60,805 nucleotides of DNA, from IMG/VR virus record IMGVR_UViG_3300025087_000067, positions 1-60,805 of that record. The stretch is one strand, 5' to 3'. Shown here one piece after another: positions 48,254 to 57,564 of the stretch. A program made the translations under genes and the position numbers. Positions within the stretch are counted from its first letter, which is position 1; each line of letters opens with the position of its first letter. This DNA comes from a virus (Duplodnaviria; Caudoviricetes). Under the pieces are notes generated by a model. The model was not told the DNA's origin. It saw nothing but the letters and a program-made list of their open reading frames with translations, and made no database searches.

Positions 48254-48355
48254 TCGCGATCCGAGACACGCTCATATCGCTCCGTATTGATTGCAGGCCC
48301 TGGATCGAATTATTAAATTATCTACTCGGCATTTTGCCGATAAAATCAGAGGAGA

Positions 48356-48874
48356 ATGATAATGGCTAAACCATCCAACCAACCAATCACGGGAGCGGCG
48401 GCGGAGTGCCAGGAGTTAAAAATATTCCAGCCGTGCGGGCAAACCGACGACGAGAATAACGTCACGTACTCCACGGTAATCGTGGCGAACGTGCGTGATC
48501 TCCGGCTCATCACCATCGACGGCAACGGCGAGCGCCAGGAACAAGAGGCTCCACATGAGGGCGGCTTCGAGCTCGTGCTCACGAGCAAGCGTATCGATTG
48601 CGTTCATCCCATACCCATGTACCCAGCCGTTGAATATCAATCACCGCTGCAACTCATGGAGATGGTTATCGATCTCTATCAGGAGGCACAACGTTACACG
48701 CATAGCATCGCTCAGAACTCGCAGATCGGAGTTGAGGCGCAACAAAACATCGCGAAGGGATTGAAGTATATTGCGGACGCAATCGCGGCATTCGCCGAAG
48801 CGAAAAAAGGTTTGTCGTCCGTAAAACCGGAGCGCGACGAACGGCAGCCACGGCTCCCAGGGTTTGAAAATTAG
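48356..48874 (+). CDS. hypothetical protein
   Basis: GAGGAG SD; 172 aa. Confidence 0.6.
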   Translation: MIMAKPSNQPITGAAAECQELKIFQPCGQTDDENNVTYSTVIVANVRDLRLITIDGNGERQEQEAPHEGGFELVLTSKRIDCVHPIPMYPAVEYQSPLQLMEMVIDLYQEAQRYTHSIAQNSQIGVEAQQNIAKGLKYIADAIAAFAEAKKGLSSVKPERDERQPRLPGFEN

Positions 48875-49112
48875 CACTTGAGGAAATCTGGACACGCAGG
48901 AGGTGATTGCAATGGGCCGATGTTAAAGGGCCTACGGAAATACAGAGTAAAAACATAACAATTGATTCTGTTACTCAGCCCCGCCGACTTCTGGTCTAGG
49001 GATCGAATCTCAGCGGGGCACTAAATACCCCAAACCAAGGGAATGCCAACGATATCCCCCAGCGGTCGCGGTATGGTCCGGGCCGCTGGGGAGCAGGCAT
49101 CAAGGAGAGAAT

Positions 49113-49445
49113 ATGAAAAACCACGAACGCCCAACGGTTGGCGAGCGCATGAGCATCGCGCGGAAAATACGCGGAATGACGCAGGCGGAACTTGCGCTGA
49201 AAATAAAAGTGCATCCGGCGCAAATTTCAGAATGGGAAATATTCCGGCCCGTGCCGTTGCATCATCTCCCGGCGCTCGCCGAGAAACTCGTGGTGTCCAT
49301 CGAATACCTCATGGGCCAGAGCGATAAACCGTGGCCGTTCCAGGGCGCGGATGCGATTGATGTGCAGGGGCTCACGGCGGCGGACATCGAGTTGCTAAAA
49401 TCTATCGCGCGTGCAATGGCCGAACGAAATAATCCCCATGAATAA
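49113..49445 (+). CDS. XRE-family HTH regulator
   Basis: 'GERMSIARKIRGMTQAELALKIKVHPAQISEWE...VSIEYLMG'. Confidence 0.9.
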   Translation: MKNHERPTVGERMSIARKIRGMTQAELALKIKVHPAQISEWEIFRPVPLHHLPALAEKLVVSIEYLMGQSDKPWPFQGADAIDVQGLTAADIELLKSIARAMAERNNPHE

Positions 49446-50427
49446 TCCTAAATTAAAATCCCCGTTCCCCTATTTCGGCGGGAAATCCGCCGTTGCGCCA
49501 GAGGTCTGGCGGCGGCTCGGGAACTGTAAAAATTATATCGAGCCGTTTTTCGGATCCGGAGCCATGCTGCTGGCGCGCCCGGACGAACATGAATGGTGGG
49601 ATAATATCGAGACCGTGAATGATATTGACGGCATGATCGCTAATTTTTGGCGTGCGGTGCAGGGTAGCCCCGAGGCTGTCGCGCGGTACGCCGATTGGCC
49701 GGTGAATGAGAACGATCTCCACGCCCGGCACGCCTGGCTACTCGCCGAAAAACAATCTCTCCGGGCACGGCTAGAGGGCGATCCTGAGTGGTTCGATCCC
49801 CGGATTGCGGGCTGGTGGGCGTGGGGGATATCCTGCTGGATCGGCAGCGGCTGGGTATCGGGCGTGGGACCCTGGAATGTGGTGGCCGGTGAACTCAGAA
49901 AATCCGATAAAAACGAGGTGGGAATAAATCGCCAACGTCCCCATTTCGGCGGTGCCGGGCAGGGCGTGCATCGCAAGCTCCTCACGGGCGGACTGCACGA
50001 TTATTTTCAAGCGATGCAAAACCGATTGCGCCGGGTCCGTGTGTGTTGCGGCGATTGGTCGCGCATCACGGGGCCAGCGGTGACGACTAGACGCGGAATG
50101 ACCGGCGTGTTTCTCGATCCACCGTACTCGGTTTTAGCAGCGCGGGTTCCCGGCCTCTACGCCCACGATGATCTGGATGTGGCGAACGATGTCCGTGCCT
50201 GGGCTATCGAGCATGGCGAGAATCCATTGATGCGGATCGCGCTGTGCGGATACGAGGATGAGCACGAGATGCCCAGTGGCTGGGCGTGCTACGAGTGGTC
50301 GGCACAGGGCGGCCTGTCGAATAATTCTAAAATAAAAAATAATAATAAACATCGAGAGCGGATTTGGTTCTCTCCGCATTGCCGCAGCGGGCATCAAAAA
50401 ACAATGTTAGAGGATTCCGATGAATAA
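49438..50427 (+). CDS. DNA adenine methyltransferase (D12/Dam class)
   Basis: 'FPYFGGKS', 'YIEPFFGSGA', 'ETVND', 'FLDPPY'. Confidence 0.9.
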   Translation: MNNPKLKSPFPYFGGKSAVAPEVWRRLGNCKNYIEPFFGSGAMLLARPDEHEWWDNIETVNDIDGMIANFWRAVQGSPEAVARYADWPVNENDLHARHAWLLAEKQSLRARLEGDPEWFDPRIAGWWAWGISCWIGSGWVSGVGPWNVVAGELRKSDKNEVGINRQRPHFGGAGQGVHRKLLTGGLHDYFQAMQNRLRRVRVCCGDWSRITGPAVTTRRGMTGVFLDPPYSVLAARVPGLYAHDDLDVANDVRAWAIEHGENPLMRIALCGYEDEHEMPSGWACYEWSAQGGLSNNSKIKNNNKHRERIWFSPHCRSGHQKTMLEDSDE

Positions 50428-50851
50428 AATGAAACACAGATTCATCCTCCCGATAGCGGCGGTGCCGTGGCAGGCCCCGCTTGTCGGCAGACGCGGCGCG
50501 CGATCGCCGGGAAAATACTCAGCCTACCGGGATGAGATCGCGCTACGAGCCCGGACAATCTACCGCGGCCCGTGCTACGACGGCGTGCCTATCGCCGTGG
50601 AGTATCTGTTCGTGCTGCCGCGAACCACTGGGATGCTGGTACCGTGCGGTCCCCGTGATCCCGATACCGGGAATCTCGAAAAGGGATTAGCAGATTCTCT
50701 GCAAAAAATCACATGGTGCTCAGATAAATGGCTGGTCTCGATTCGCGCGACGAAACGCTACGTCGAGCCTGGCGAGGAACCGTATATCCACGTGGCGTTC
50801 GAGCCCGTGGTGTTTAATTTTACAGAGAAACTCGATGAGGATAAATCATGA
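50420..50851 (+). CDS. rusA: RusA-family Holliday junction resolvase
   Basis: 'PDTGNLEKGLADSL...W.SDKW...ATKRY'. Confidence 0.8.
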   Translation: MNKMKHRFILPIAAVPWQAPLVGRRGARSPGKYSAYRDEIALRARTIYRGPCYDGVPIAVEYLFVLPRTTGMLVPCGPRDPDTGNLEKGLADSLQKITWCSDKWLVSIRATKRYVEPGEEPYIHVAFEPVVFNFTEKLDEDKS

Positions 50852-51069
50852 CCAGCCCAACCCCTACATGCCCGTGGTGCGGAGTGCCAATGCATAAACA
50901 TGAATACTACGATACATGTCCAGACTATGCAGACGATGAAAAACTCGTGTATTCAGTAGTCTGCAAAAATCTGGACTGCCCGGTAAAACCGATAGGCCGC
51001 AAAACTTACGACACCGAACAGCAAGCCCTAGCGGCTGCGAGAAAGGAGCACGGCGATGGTAGTAACTGA
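50848..51069 (+). CDS. Lar-like Zn-ribbon protein
   Basis: CPWCG...VVCKNLDC...TEQQA. Confidence 0.55.
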   Translation: MTSPTPTCPWCGVPMHKHEYYDTCPDYADDEKLVYSVVCKNLDCPVKPIGRKTYDTEQQALAAARKEHGDGSN

Positions 51070-51259
51070 AGAGCAAGCAAAAAAATGACATGCGTAAACG
51101 ATGTGGAATATAAATGCCTCGGATCGCAGTGCATGGCATGGCGCTGGTGGAACGCTTGTACCTAACGAACATCGAACTGGGTATTGTGGGTTAGCCGGTA
51201 AGCCGCTGTATTGGAAAAGTGATAAGGATTCTCGACCAGTAGTGGAGGAAAAATCATGA
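51056..51259 (+). pseudogene. Cys-rich small phage protein split by two frameshifts
   Basis: AAGGAG SD; MVVTEEQAKK / MTC...CLGSQCMAWRWW / ...TGYCGLAGKP in three successive frames. Confidence 0.6.
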
Positions 51260-51594
51260 GCGAGTCTTGTAGAACCTGTTGCTGGTGTTGTGTGAATGAG
51301 ATTGGGACTAGAGGAGTTTGCCAGATCGACCCTCCGGCCTTCGTCGATCCACAGGCTCAATTTTCTTGGGAGCAACCACCGATCTATGATTTAGATAGGA
51401 CTCGATGTTCTCGCCGAGAGCCACTGGTCGAGGAGTTGCTGGGCGCGATAGTGTTCGTGCATTACCCGGATGGGCGCTTGGAAATGCCGATTTATTTTGA
51501 CGATAATATGGCAATTACAGCAAGGCTGAAGTCCGCCATTCCAAGAGGTCATAGTCGAACATTCCGGCTCGTGCCGGTGGAGGAAAAGCGATGA
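51256..51594 (+). CDS. Cys-rich hypothetical protein
   Basis: CRTCCWC...GVCQIDPP. Confidence 0.6.
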   Translation: MSESCRTCCWCCVNEIGTRGVCQIDPPAFVDPQAQFSWEQPPIYDLDRTRCSRREPLVEELLGAIVFVHYPDGRLEMPIYFDDNMAITARLKSAIPRGHSRTFRLVPVEEKR

Positions 51595-51812
51595 GCACGC
51601 CCATAACTGAAATACCGATCTCAAAATTTGCGTTGGCGCAACTCGTCAGGTTGCAAGGCCACGAGGGCATCGTGTATAGAATCGTGGCTGGTGAATGGAA
51701 TTTTGAAAAAAATACTTGGTACATGAGAATTAGAAACATCCTGGACAAGAACCACGGCGGGACGTTTCCGGAGTCGATGCTGGAGAAAGTTGAGGACGAT
51801 AATGCTGACTGA
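51591..51812 (+). CDS. hypothetical protein (SH3-like?)
   Basis: 'KFALAQLVRL...FPESMLEKV'. Confidence 0.55.
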   Translation: MSTPITEIPISKFALAQLVRLQGHEGIVYRIVAGEWNFEKNTWYMRIRNILDKNHGGTFPESMLEKVEDDNAD

Positions 51813-52038
51813 AGCGAAGGCGGTGCGCGGAGTATCAGGTTCGATTTTGGGATACGTAACGCAGGCGGAAAACTGTTTTTTGTGGGAGATGTCGCCGCTG
51901 TGGATATGGATGCTCTACCCCTCATATTATGATGATGGCGGCTGGTGGGGGACAGAAGAGAAATTAACAGACGCAATTGAGCGCGTGCAATATCTGGCGC
52001 TCAAATATAATGCCATTCGGGAGGTGGCAAAGCGATGA
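51802..52038 (+). CDS. hypothetical protein
   Basis: GAGG SD; coupled ORF. Confidence 0.5.
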   Translation: MLTEAKAVRGVSGSILGYVTQAENCFLWEMSPLWIWMLYPSYYDDGGWWGTEEKLTDAIERVQYLALKYNAIREVAKR

Positions 52039-52427
52039 CTGACATGAACCTGAGCCAACTGCGAGAAATATTGCAGAATGCACTTATTGATGTTGAGTAC
52101 AAATCCCGTCCCGAACGCGGGACGGTCATCATCGACAGTGAGGGCATGACGGTGGTGCCGTTCGAGGTCGGGGATCCGTGTTTTCAAATTGAAAAATGCG
52201 GTACCGAGTGGGAGTTTATATCCTATATTTCCGACGATTACCATCGGTATCTCGGGTGTGAAATCTATGAGAGCGGATTAAATATTACTACGTACGGGCA
52301 CCAAGACGCATACGAAAATCTTGGGTATTTCGGGTGCCCGATAGAGGATACATTCCACACCCGCGAGGAGGCAGAGGCAGAGTGCAAGCGCAGGAACCGG
52401 AGAAAAAGCGATGACCGACTTGATTGA
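52035..52427 (+). CDS. hypothetical phage protein
   Basis: 'PFEVGD...FHTREEAEAEC'. Confidence 0.6.
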   Translation: MTDMNLSQLREILQNALIDVEYKSRPERGTVIIDSEGMTVVPFEVGDPCFQIEKCGTEWEFISYISDDYHRYLGCEIYESGLNITTYGHQDAYENLGYFGCPIEDTFHTREEAEAECKRRNRRKSDDRLD

Positions 52428-52662
52428 TTTGATTTTTGGGCCGAGCAGCCACACGCCGACAGGCAGAATTTTACGACTCGTAATCGTCAGCGCGATTGTT
52501 GCCATTCCGTTTTATGCACATCTTAAAGACGAGATCGGAGATGAACATGATAGCTGGGGCGTAAAAGTCGCGTCATTTTTAACCATTATGTTTATATGTT
52601 TTATTTTCTTCTGCGCCTGCATCGCCGGTTGCGACGCAGGATCGGCGCTATCACGAATGTGA
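52411..52662 (+). CDS. two-TM membrane protein
   Basis: two hydrophobic segments. Confidence 0.5.
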   Translation: MTDLIDLIFGPSSHTPTGRILRLVIVSAIVAIPFYAHLKDEIGDEHDSWGVKVASFLTIMFICFIFFCACIAGCDAGSALSRM

Positions 52663-52669
52663 GAAGACC

Positions 52670-53020
52670 ATGAAAAAGAAATTAAATAACATCCCGGCCT
52701 CATCCGCCATGCCCTGGAGCGAGGGGGTCAAGACGATCCGTGCCTATTTCCAGGGCGACCGCGGGCAGCCGCTGAAGCTCTCGATGGCGTGCTTGCTCCT
52801 CAATCAGGATGTCGAGGTCGCCATTAAATCTACGGGCGAAAACACGGCGATGATTCACGTCCGGCACCACACCACGAGAAACCGAAACGCGCTCGCGACC
52901 CTGATTCTATTGGTCAATCAAGCGTTCGGCGGCAAGGGCCAATGGGAAAAACGATTGATCGGCGACACCCTAAAAATGGACCACGAGCGCGAGTATGCGG
53001 GGATGGAAGTGAGGGTATGA
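52670..53020 (+). CDS. hypothetical protein
   Basis: 116 aa, ATGA-coupled to the MTase. Confidence 0.6.
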   Translation: MKKKLNNIPASSAMPWSEGVKTIRAYFQGDRGQPLKLSMACLLLNQDVEVAIKSTGENTAMIHVRHHTTRNRNALATLILLVNQAFGGKGQWEKRLIGDTLKMDHEREYAGMEVRV

Positions 53021-53889
53021 ATGGCCTGGCTCTATGTACCGGCATTGGGGGAATTGAGCTCGGCTTGTCCATTGCCGTCCCCAGATACCGAAGTGTGTGC
53101 TACGTGGAGAGGGAAGCCTATTGCGCATCCCTACTCGTGGCGCGGATGGCGGAAGCGGCGTTGGACGTCGCGCCTATTTGGTGCGATCTTGCAACCTTCA
53201 ATGGCCGACCGTGGCGTGGCCTTGTGGATATCATCTCTGCGGGACTCCCGTGCCAGCCCTACAGCGTCGCCGGAAAACAACTCGGATGGAACGACCCTCG
53301 ATGCCACGACGTTGTCCCACACGCACTCCGGATCATCGAAGAAGTGCAGCCCTCCATGGTATTCCTCGAAAATGTACCAACCTGGATTACTGGAGGATAT
53401 TTTCGACCAGTCGGAGATCGACTATCAGAATTGGGTTACGCGATTGAGGCAGGATTGTTCTCAGCGGCGGAAGTTGGCGCAAGCCACCGACGAGAGCGAT
53501 GTTTTGTCTTGGGCTACACCGCAGGCGCACGACTGCAAAAATGGGAGCGTGGATCGAGTGGGGAGATTCGGGACGATTGCGGGATGCCGGAACCTGAACG
53601 ACGAGGTGTGGAACACTCCAACCGCGAACGATATGCGTCAACGGGAGGGAACGGCGACGGGAAACAGATTAAATTACCCTGGCCTTTTCCGCCAGGCCCA
53701 GGCGGCGACTGGAACGGAATCGCCGCTGACCTTGAACCCGCAATTTGTCGAGTGGCTTATGGGATTCCCAATCGGGTGGACCGATTGCGAGCGCTCGGAA
53801 ACGCCGTGGTGCCCCTGGTTGCAGCGTATGCGTTTAGAACTCTCGCGGCTGCTGCGGGAATAAAACTATGGGAGATATCTCATGGGTGA
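53017..53889 (+). CDS. C5-cytosine DNA methyltransferase, alpha chain (lacks motif IX)
   Basis: motif I 'LCTGIGG', IV 'GLPCQPYS', VI 'FLENV', VIII 'HRRERCF', X 'RLRALGNAVVP'. Confidence 0.9.
   Translation: MNGLALCTGIGGIELGLSIAVPRYRSVCYVEREAYCASLLVARMAEAALDVAPIWCDLATFNGRPWRGLVDIISAGLPCQPYSVAGKQLGWNDPRCHDVVPHALRIIEEVQPSMVFLENVPTWITGGYFRPVGDRLSELGYAIEAGLFSAAEVGASHRRERCFVLGYTAGARLQKWERGSSGEIRDDCGMPEPERRGVEHSNRERYASTGGNGDGKQIKLPWPFPPGPGGDWNGIAADLEPAICRVAYGIPNRVDRLRALGNAVVPLVAAYAFRTLAAAAGIKLWEISHG
53021..53863 (+). CDS. alternative-frame MTase beta chain supplying motif IX
   Basis: 280-aa +1-frame ORF with 'WATPQAHD', 'WNTPTAND' and 'LNPQFVEWLMGFPIGWT'. Confidence 0.75.
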   Translation: MAWLYVPALGELSSACPLPSPDTEVCATWRGKPIAHPYSWRGWRKRRWTSRLFGAILQPSMADRGVALWISSLRDSRASPTASPENNSDGTTLDATTLSHTHSGSSKKCSPPWYSSKMYQPGLLEDIFDQSEIDYQNWVTRLRQDCSQRRKLAQATDESDVLSWATPQAHDCKNGSVDRVGRFGTIAGCRNLNDEVWNTPTANDMRQREGTATGNRLNYPGLFRQAQAATGTESPLTLNPQFVEWLMGFPIGWTDCERSETPWCPWLQRMRLELSRLLRE

Positions 53890-54751
53890 AAACTCGAAAA
53901 TCGAATGGACGCACCATACGTTCAATCCCTGGATCGGGTGCGCGAAAGTTTCCAGTGGATGCAAGAACTGTTATGCGGAGGTCTACGGGAACCGGTTTGG
54001 AATTATTTGGGGGCAGGAAAATAGAAAATTCACGAGTGATAATTATTGGAGCGAACCGTACCGCTGGAATCAAGCGGCGAAGAAGGCCGGTGAGCGGCGT
54101 CGCGTGTTCTGCGGATCGTTGTGTGATGTGTTCGAGCGTGGTGCGATGCAGGATTTATTCCGAGCGAAATTATTCGGGATGATTTATGGCGCGCCAAATT
54201 TAGATTGGCTCTTACTGACCAAGCGTCCGGAAAATATCCCTGAGTGCTTGCCGAGCGGCTGGTCCGATGGTTGGCCGAACGTGTGGCTTGGAACGTCCTG
54301 TGAAAATCAAGCGATGTTTGAACAGCGGGCTGAGTTACTCGGAAAAATACCGGCGACGGTTCGGTTCTTATCCTGCGAGCCGCTGCTGGAATCCATAACG
54401 TTATCCGGCTTCGATCGGTTTAACTGGGTGATCGTGGGCGGTGAATCCGGCCCCAAAGCGCGACCGATGCACCCGGACTGGGTGCGGACGATACGCGATC
54501 AGTGCCAGACCGCGGAAACGCCGTTATTTTTTAAACAATGGGGAGAATGGAATGTGTTTTATGATCGTGATCGGGACGATCCTGATTGGCGTAATATCCC
54601 GAAACTCGATAACCGGCGTGAGCGTTGGTTAAACATGGAAGGTGGGCTTGGGTTCCATGGCGACCGGGTGGTGGCGGTGCGGAATGTCGGCAAAAAAATA
54701 GCCGGGCGAGAATTGGACGGCATAATTTATGGGGAATTCCCAAATCCATAA
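53882..54751 (+). CDS. DUF5131 (phage Gp37/Gp68) family protein
   Basis: 'SKIEWTHHTFNPWIGCAKVSSGCKNCYA', 'LLLTKRP', 'WVIVGGESG', 'FFKQWG'. Confidence 0.92.
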   Translation: MGENSKIEWTHHTFNPWIGCAKVSSGCKNCYAEVYGNRFGIIWGQENRKFTSDNYWSEPYRWNQAAKKAGERRRVFCGSLCDVFERGAMQDLFRAKLFGMIYGAPNLDWLLLTKRPENIPECLPSGWSDGWPNVWLGTSCENQAMFEQRAELLGKIPATVRFLSCEPLLESITLSGFDRFNWVIVGGESGPKARPMHPDWVRTIRDQCQTAETPLFFKQWGEWNVFYDRDRDDPDWRNIPKLDNRRERWLNMEGGLGFHGDRVVAVRNVGKKIAGRELDGIIYGEFPNP

Positions 54752-56106
54752 TGAAAAAAACAACTCTCCCTCATAGCCTGGAGGCCGAGAAACAGGTAAT
54801 CAGCGCGATGATCCTCGATGAATCGGCGTGCCTGGAAGCGATTGAGAAACTACGCGCCGAACATTTCTACCATCCCCAGCATCGTATTATTTTCACGGCC
54901 CTGCGAGAGATGACCGTAGCAGAATCCGAGATCAATCTAACCACGCTCGCAGCGTATCTCGATCGGCAACAGAGACTCGGTGAGGCTGGTGGGGTCGCGT
55001 ACATCGCCGAGGTCTCCGGGTGTGCATCCACAAGCACGCAGATCAAATCCTATATCGTCATCATCATCGACCGCTATCAACGCCGGGAACTCTGGCGGAT
55101 CGGGGCCGAAATCCAGGAATCGATACAGCAACCGGATGACTCGAACGCATTAATAAATACTGCGGAGTCCCACATCTATTCACTGGCCAACGCCCAGGAT
55201 CATCAACCCGCGGTGAGTGCGGATCGACTGGCCTCACACATGACCGAACATCTCATGGAGATGGAGGCGCTCAATCTCGCTCAAAAAATCACTGGCGTGC
55301 ACTCAGGATTCCCGACCATCGATTCCCAGCTCTATGGCTGGCAGAGACGGCAACTCATTATCTGTGCGGCGCGACCTGGTGACGGAAAAACCAGCTTGGC
55401 GCTGAACATGGCGCTGGCCGCGGCTATCTCCGGATCCCCGGTACTGTTTTTCAGCATCGAAATGACGCGGGAGGAGATTGGTTACCGATTGCTCTCGATC
55501 CTATCGGGCGTGGATTCCAGACACATCGAGCATGGAAAATTGGACCGATGCGAAGCGCAGGAAACCGTCCGGGCCATCTCCCGCCTGGCCGATCTACCGC
55601 TCTACATCGACGACTGCCCGAACATCACGCCCTCCTACATCTGGTCGCGGACCCGGCACTACCAGCACCGTCATAAAATTAAAATAATATTCGTTGATTA
55701 CCTGCAAAAAATAACGCCGGATTCATCGCGCCCGAACCGATACCGGGAGGTCGAGGACATCACGCAAGCGCTACGGATATTGGCAAAAACAACGGATATT
55801 CCCGTGTTTTGCAATGCTCAATTAAATCGCGGTATCGAGCAACGCCGGGGGACCAAGGGCCCGCCACCACGGCCACGCCTGGCGGACCTTCGCGAGTCCG
55901 GGGCCATCGAACAGGATGCCTATATCGTAATGTTTATTCATCAAAAAAATCGAGAGGAGGAAAACGAGACCGATGAAACCACGGAAAAATTTGAACTCAT
56001 CATAGAGAAAAACCGGACGGGACGCCTATTCCCATCGATCCCGTTTGGGTTTACGAAATCGAATCAGCGGATCAGAGAACTGACGACGCGGGAGCCGTGG
56101 GAGTGA
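54751..56106 (+). CDS. dnaB: replicative DNA helicase
   Basis: 'PHSLEAE', 'AARPGDGKTS', 'FFSIEM', 'VDYLQ', 'DLRESGAIEQDA', 'KNRTG'. Confidence 0.95.
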   Translation: MKKTTLPHSLEAEKQVISAMILDESACLEAIEKLRAEHFYHPQHRIIFTALREMTVAESEINLTTLAAYLDRQQRLGEAGGVAYIAEVSGCASTSTQIKSYIVIIIDRYQRRELWRIGAEIQESIQQPDDSNALINTAESHIYSLANAQDHQPAVSADRLASHMTEHLMEMEALNLAQKITGVHSGFPTIDSQLYGWQRRQLIICAARPGDGKTSLALNMALAAAISGSPVLFFSIEMTREEIGYRLLSILSGVDSRHIEHGKLDRCEAQETVRAISRLADLPLYIDDCPNITPSYIWSRTRHYQHRHKIKIIFVDYLQKITPDSSRPNRYREVEDITQALRILAKTTDIPVFCNAQLNRGIEQRRGTKGPPPRPRLADLRESGAIEQDAYIVMFIHQKNREEENETDETTEKFELIIEKNRTGRLFPSIPFGFTKSNQRIRELTTREPWE

Positions 56107-56130
56107 GGATAAATAACCAACCCGAAGGGG

Positions 56131-56158
56131 TTGACAAATAAATGAAAGTATGCACAAT
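56131..56158 (+). promoter_or_regulatory. possible promoter for the RHH-initiator operon
   Basis: TTGACA-N16-CACAAT. Confidence 0.4.
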
Positions 56159-56177
56159 GTACGCCAGTGAGGAAAAA

Positions 56178-56363
56178 ATGAATAGAGAACGTAGGGTGCA
56201 TCTCAGGGTAAATGATGCCGAATATGAGGCGTGGATCGTAATCGCGCGATCAAAGGACTTGCCCCTATCTGCGTTGATTCGCCGGTGTATGAATGCGCTG
56301 TCGGCGGGGCTGATTGAGGTCCCGGAAGTTCCGAAGCCGGATAACAAGAAACGGAGGGCGTGA
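56178..56363 (+). CDS. ribbon-helix-helix protein
   Basis: 'RVHLRVNDAEYEAW...LPLSALIR'. Confidence 0.7.
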   Translation: MNRERRVHLRVNDAEYEAWIVIARSKDLPLSALIRRCMNALSAGLIEVPEVPKPDNKKRRA

Positions 56364-56364
56364 G

Positions 56365-57564
56365 GTGATTGATTCAGCCTTTGGGTCAACTAAACTTGAT
56401 GATTTACGAGACCTGATACAGGAACGCCTGAGCGTTGAGCCTGGCATCGCAAGGGCTATTGCAATTGGAACACTGGAGTCTCTCTGGGTCTTTACCCGGA
56501 CTCAGCGCCCGACTGGAGATGTTGGATCTGTATCAAACTGGCGACTTGCTGAAAAAATGGGATGGACACATGATCCAGAGTGGATCATTAACGCACTAGT
56601 GAAGACACATTGGCTAGATGAAAGTAAAAAACATAGACTAATTGTACACGACTGGTCACAACATTGCAATGATTACGTACATAGGACACTCATAAAACAC
56701 ACACAGTTATTTGCAGATGACACAATTCCGAGACTTACAAAAATTAACAAATCAGACCGGGCCGAAATTTTAGCACGGTATTCGGAAGTCATTGAAAACA
56801 CAGTAGATAAAAACCTTACGCCAGAATGCGCCAATGGGCGCCAGAATGCGCCAATGGGCGCCAATGGGCGCTCACCTAACACCACACCTAACACCACACC
56901 ACACCTCACCTACACCTCACCTACACCAGAATTTCCACTGCGTGAAAATTCCTTGTCGCAAACTACGTTTGCTGGTGATGTTTCAAACACAGATGACAAT
57001 TGGGATTTAACAGATGATCCGGAACCTGATCCGGGATACATCACTGATCCGGACCCAGAATTCGATTCCGAACCTGATCCCCCTACCGAGCCCAGCCCGG
57101 AGCCACCGGCCCCGGAACCTCCAGCGGATCCAAAAAAACCAAAGCGTCAATTCGAAGCGACTCCCGAGGAACGCGCGGTCGCCGAACACTGGCACAGTAC
57201 CAGGCAACGCTGGGCGGACGAGCACGCGCCCGGAGCCTACCTGCCACCGGGGACGATCTCGGCGAAGGACTACCTGGCCGCCCGGACGCTGATGAAGGGC
57301 TTGAGCAAGCGCTCCCCGAGAGATGCAGTCGAACATGCCCGGGACCTGATCGACTGGCTGCACGGAGTCGATGACTTTTGGGCCCCTAACGTCAACACGC
57401 TCCTGGCACTCGCCCGGAAACTCCCGGATGGCAAGTACTACGCAAAATACGCGGCGTGGAAAATGAGCGGGGGCGGGAACGGGAGATGCGGCACGCATCG
57501 GCAGGTCGAGACCCGGCCCGAGGAGCGGCACCGGGCACAATTTCGAGGAGGCGTAAAAATATGA
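56365..57564 (+). CDS. replication initiator (lambda O-like)
   Basis: N-terminal wHTH ending 'IVHDW', internal iterons, 'FW..N......L.RK' C-terminus; followed by a loader. Confidence 0.75.
   Translation: MIDSAFGSTKLDDLRDLIQERLSVEPGIARAIAIGTLESLWVFTRTQRPTGDVGSVSNWRLAEKMGWTHDPEWIINALVKTHWLDESKKHRLIVHDWSQHCNDYVHRTLIKHTQLFADDTIPRLTKINKSDRAEILARYSEVIENTVDKNLTPECANGRQNAPMGANGRSPNTTPNTTPHLTYTSPTPEFPLRENSLSQTTFAGDVSNTDDNWDLTDDPEPDPGYITDPDPEFDSEPDPPTEPSPEPPAPEPPADPKKPKRQFEATPEERAVAEHWHSTRQRWADEHAPGAYLPPGTISAKDYLAARTLMKGLSKRSPRDAVEHARDLIDWLHGVDDFWAPNVNTLLALARKLPDGKYYAKYAAWKMSGGGNGRCGTHRQVETRPEERHRAQFRGGVKI
56821..56927. repeat. putative replication-origin iterons
   Basis: five 10-bp units CCAGAATGCG/CCAATGGGCG (56821-56870) then CACCTAACAC / ACACCTCACCT repeats. 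Confidence 0.7.

Noticed and set aside
48978-49023. tRNA gene
   Set aside because: Acceptor-like stem and T-loop-like motif span only ~45 nt, with no D or anticodon arms
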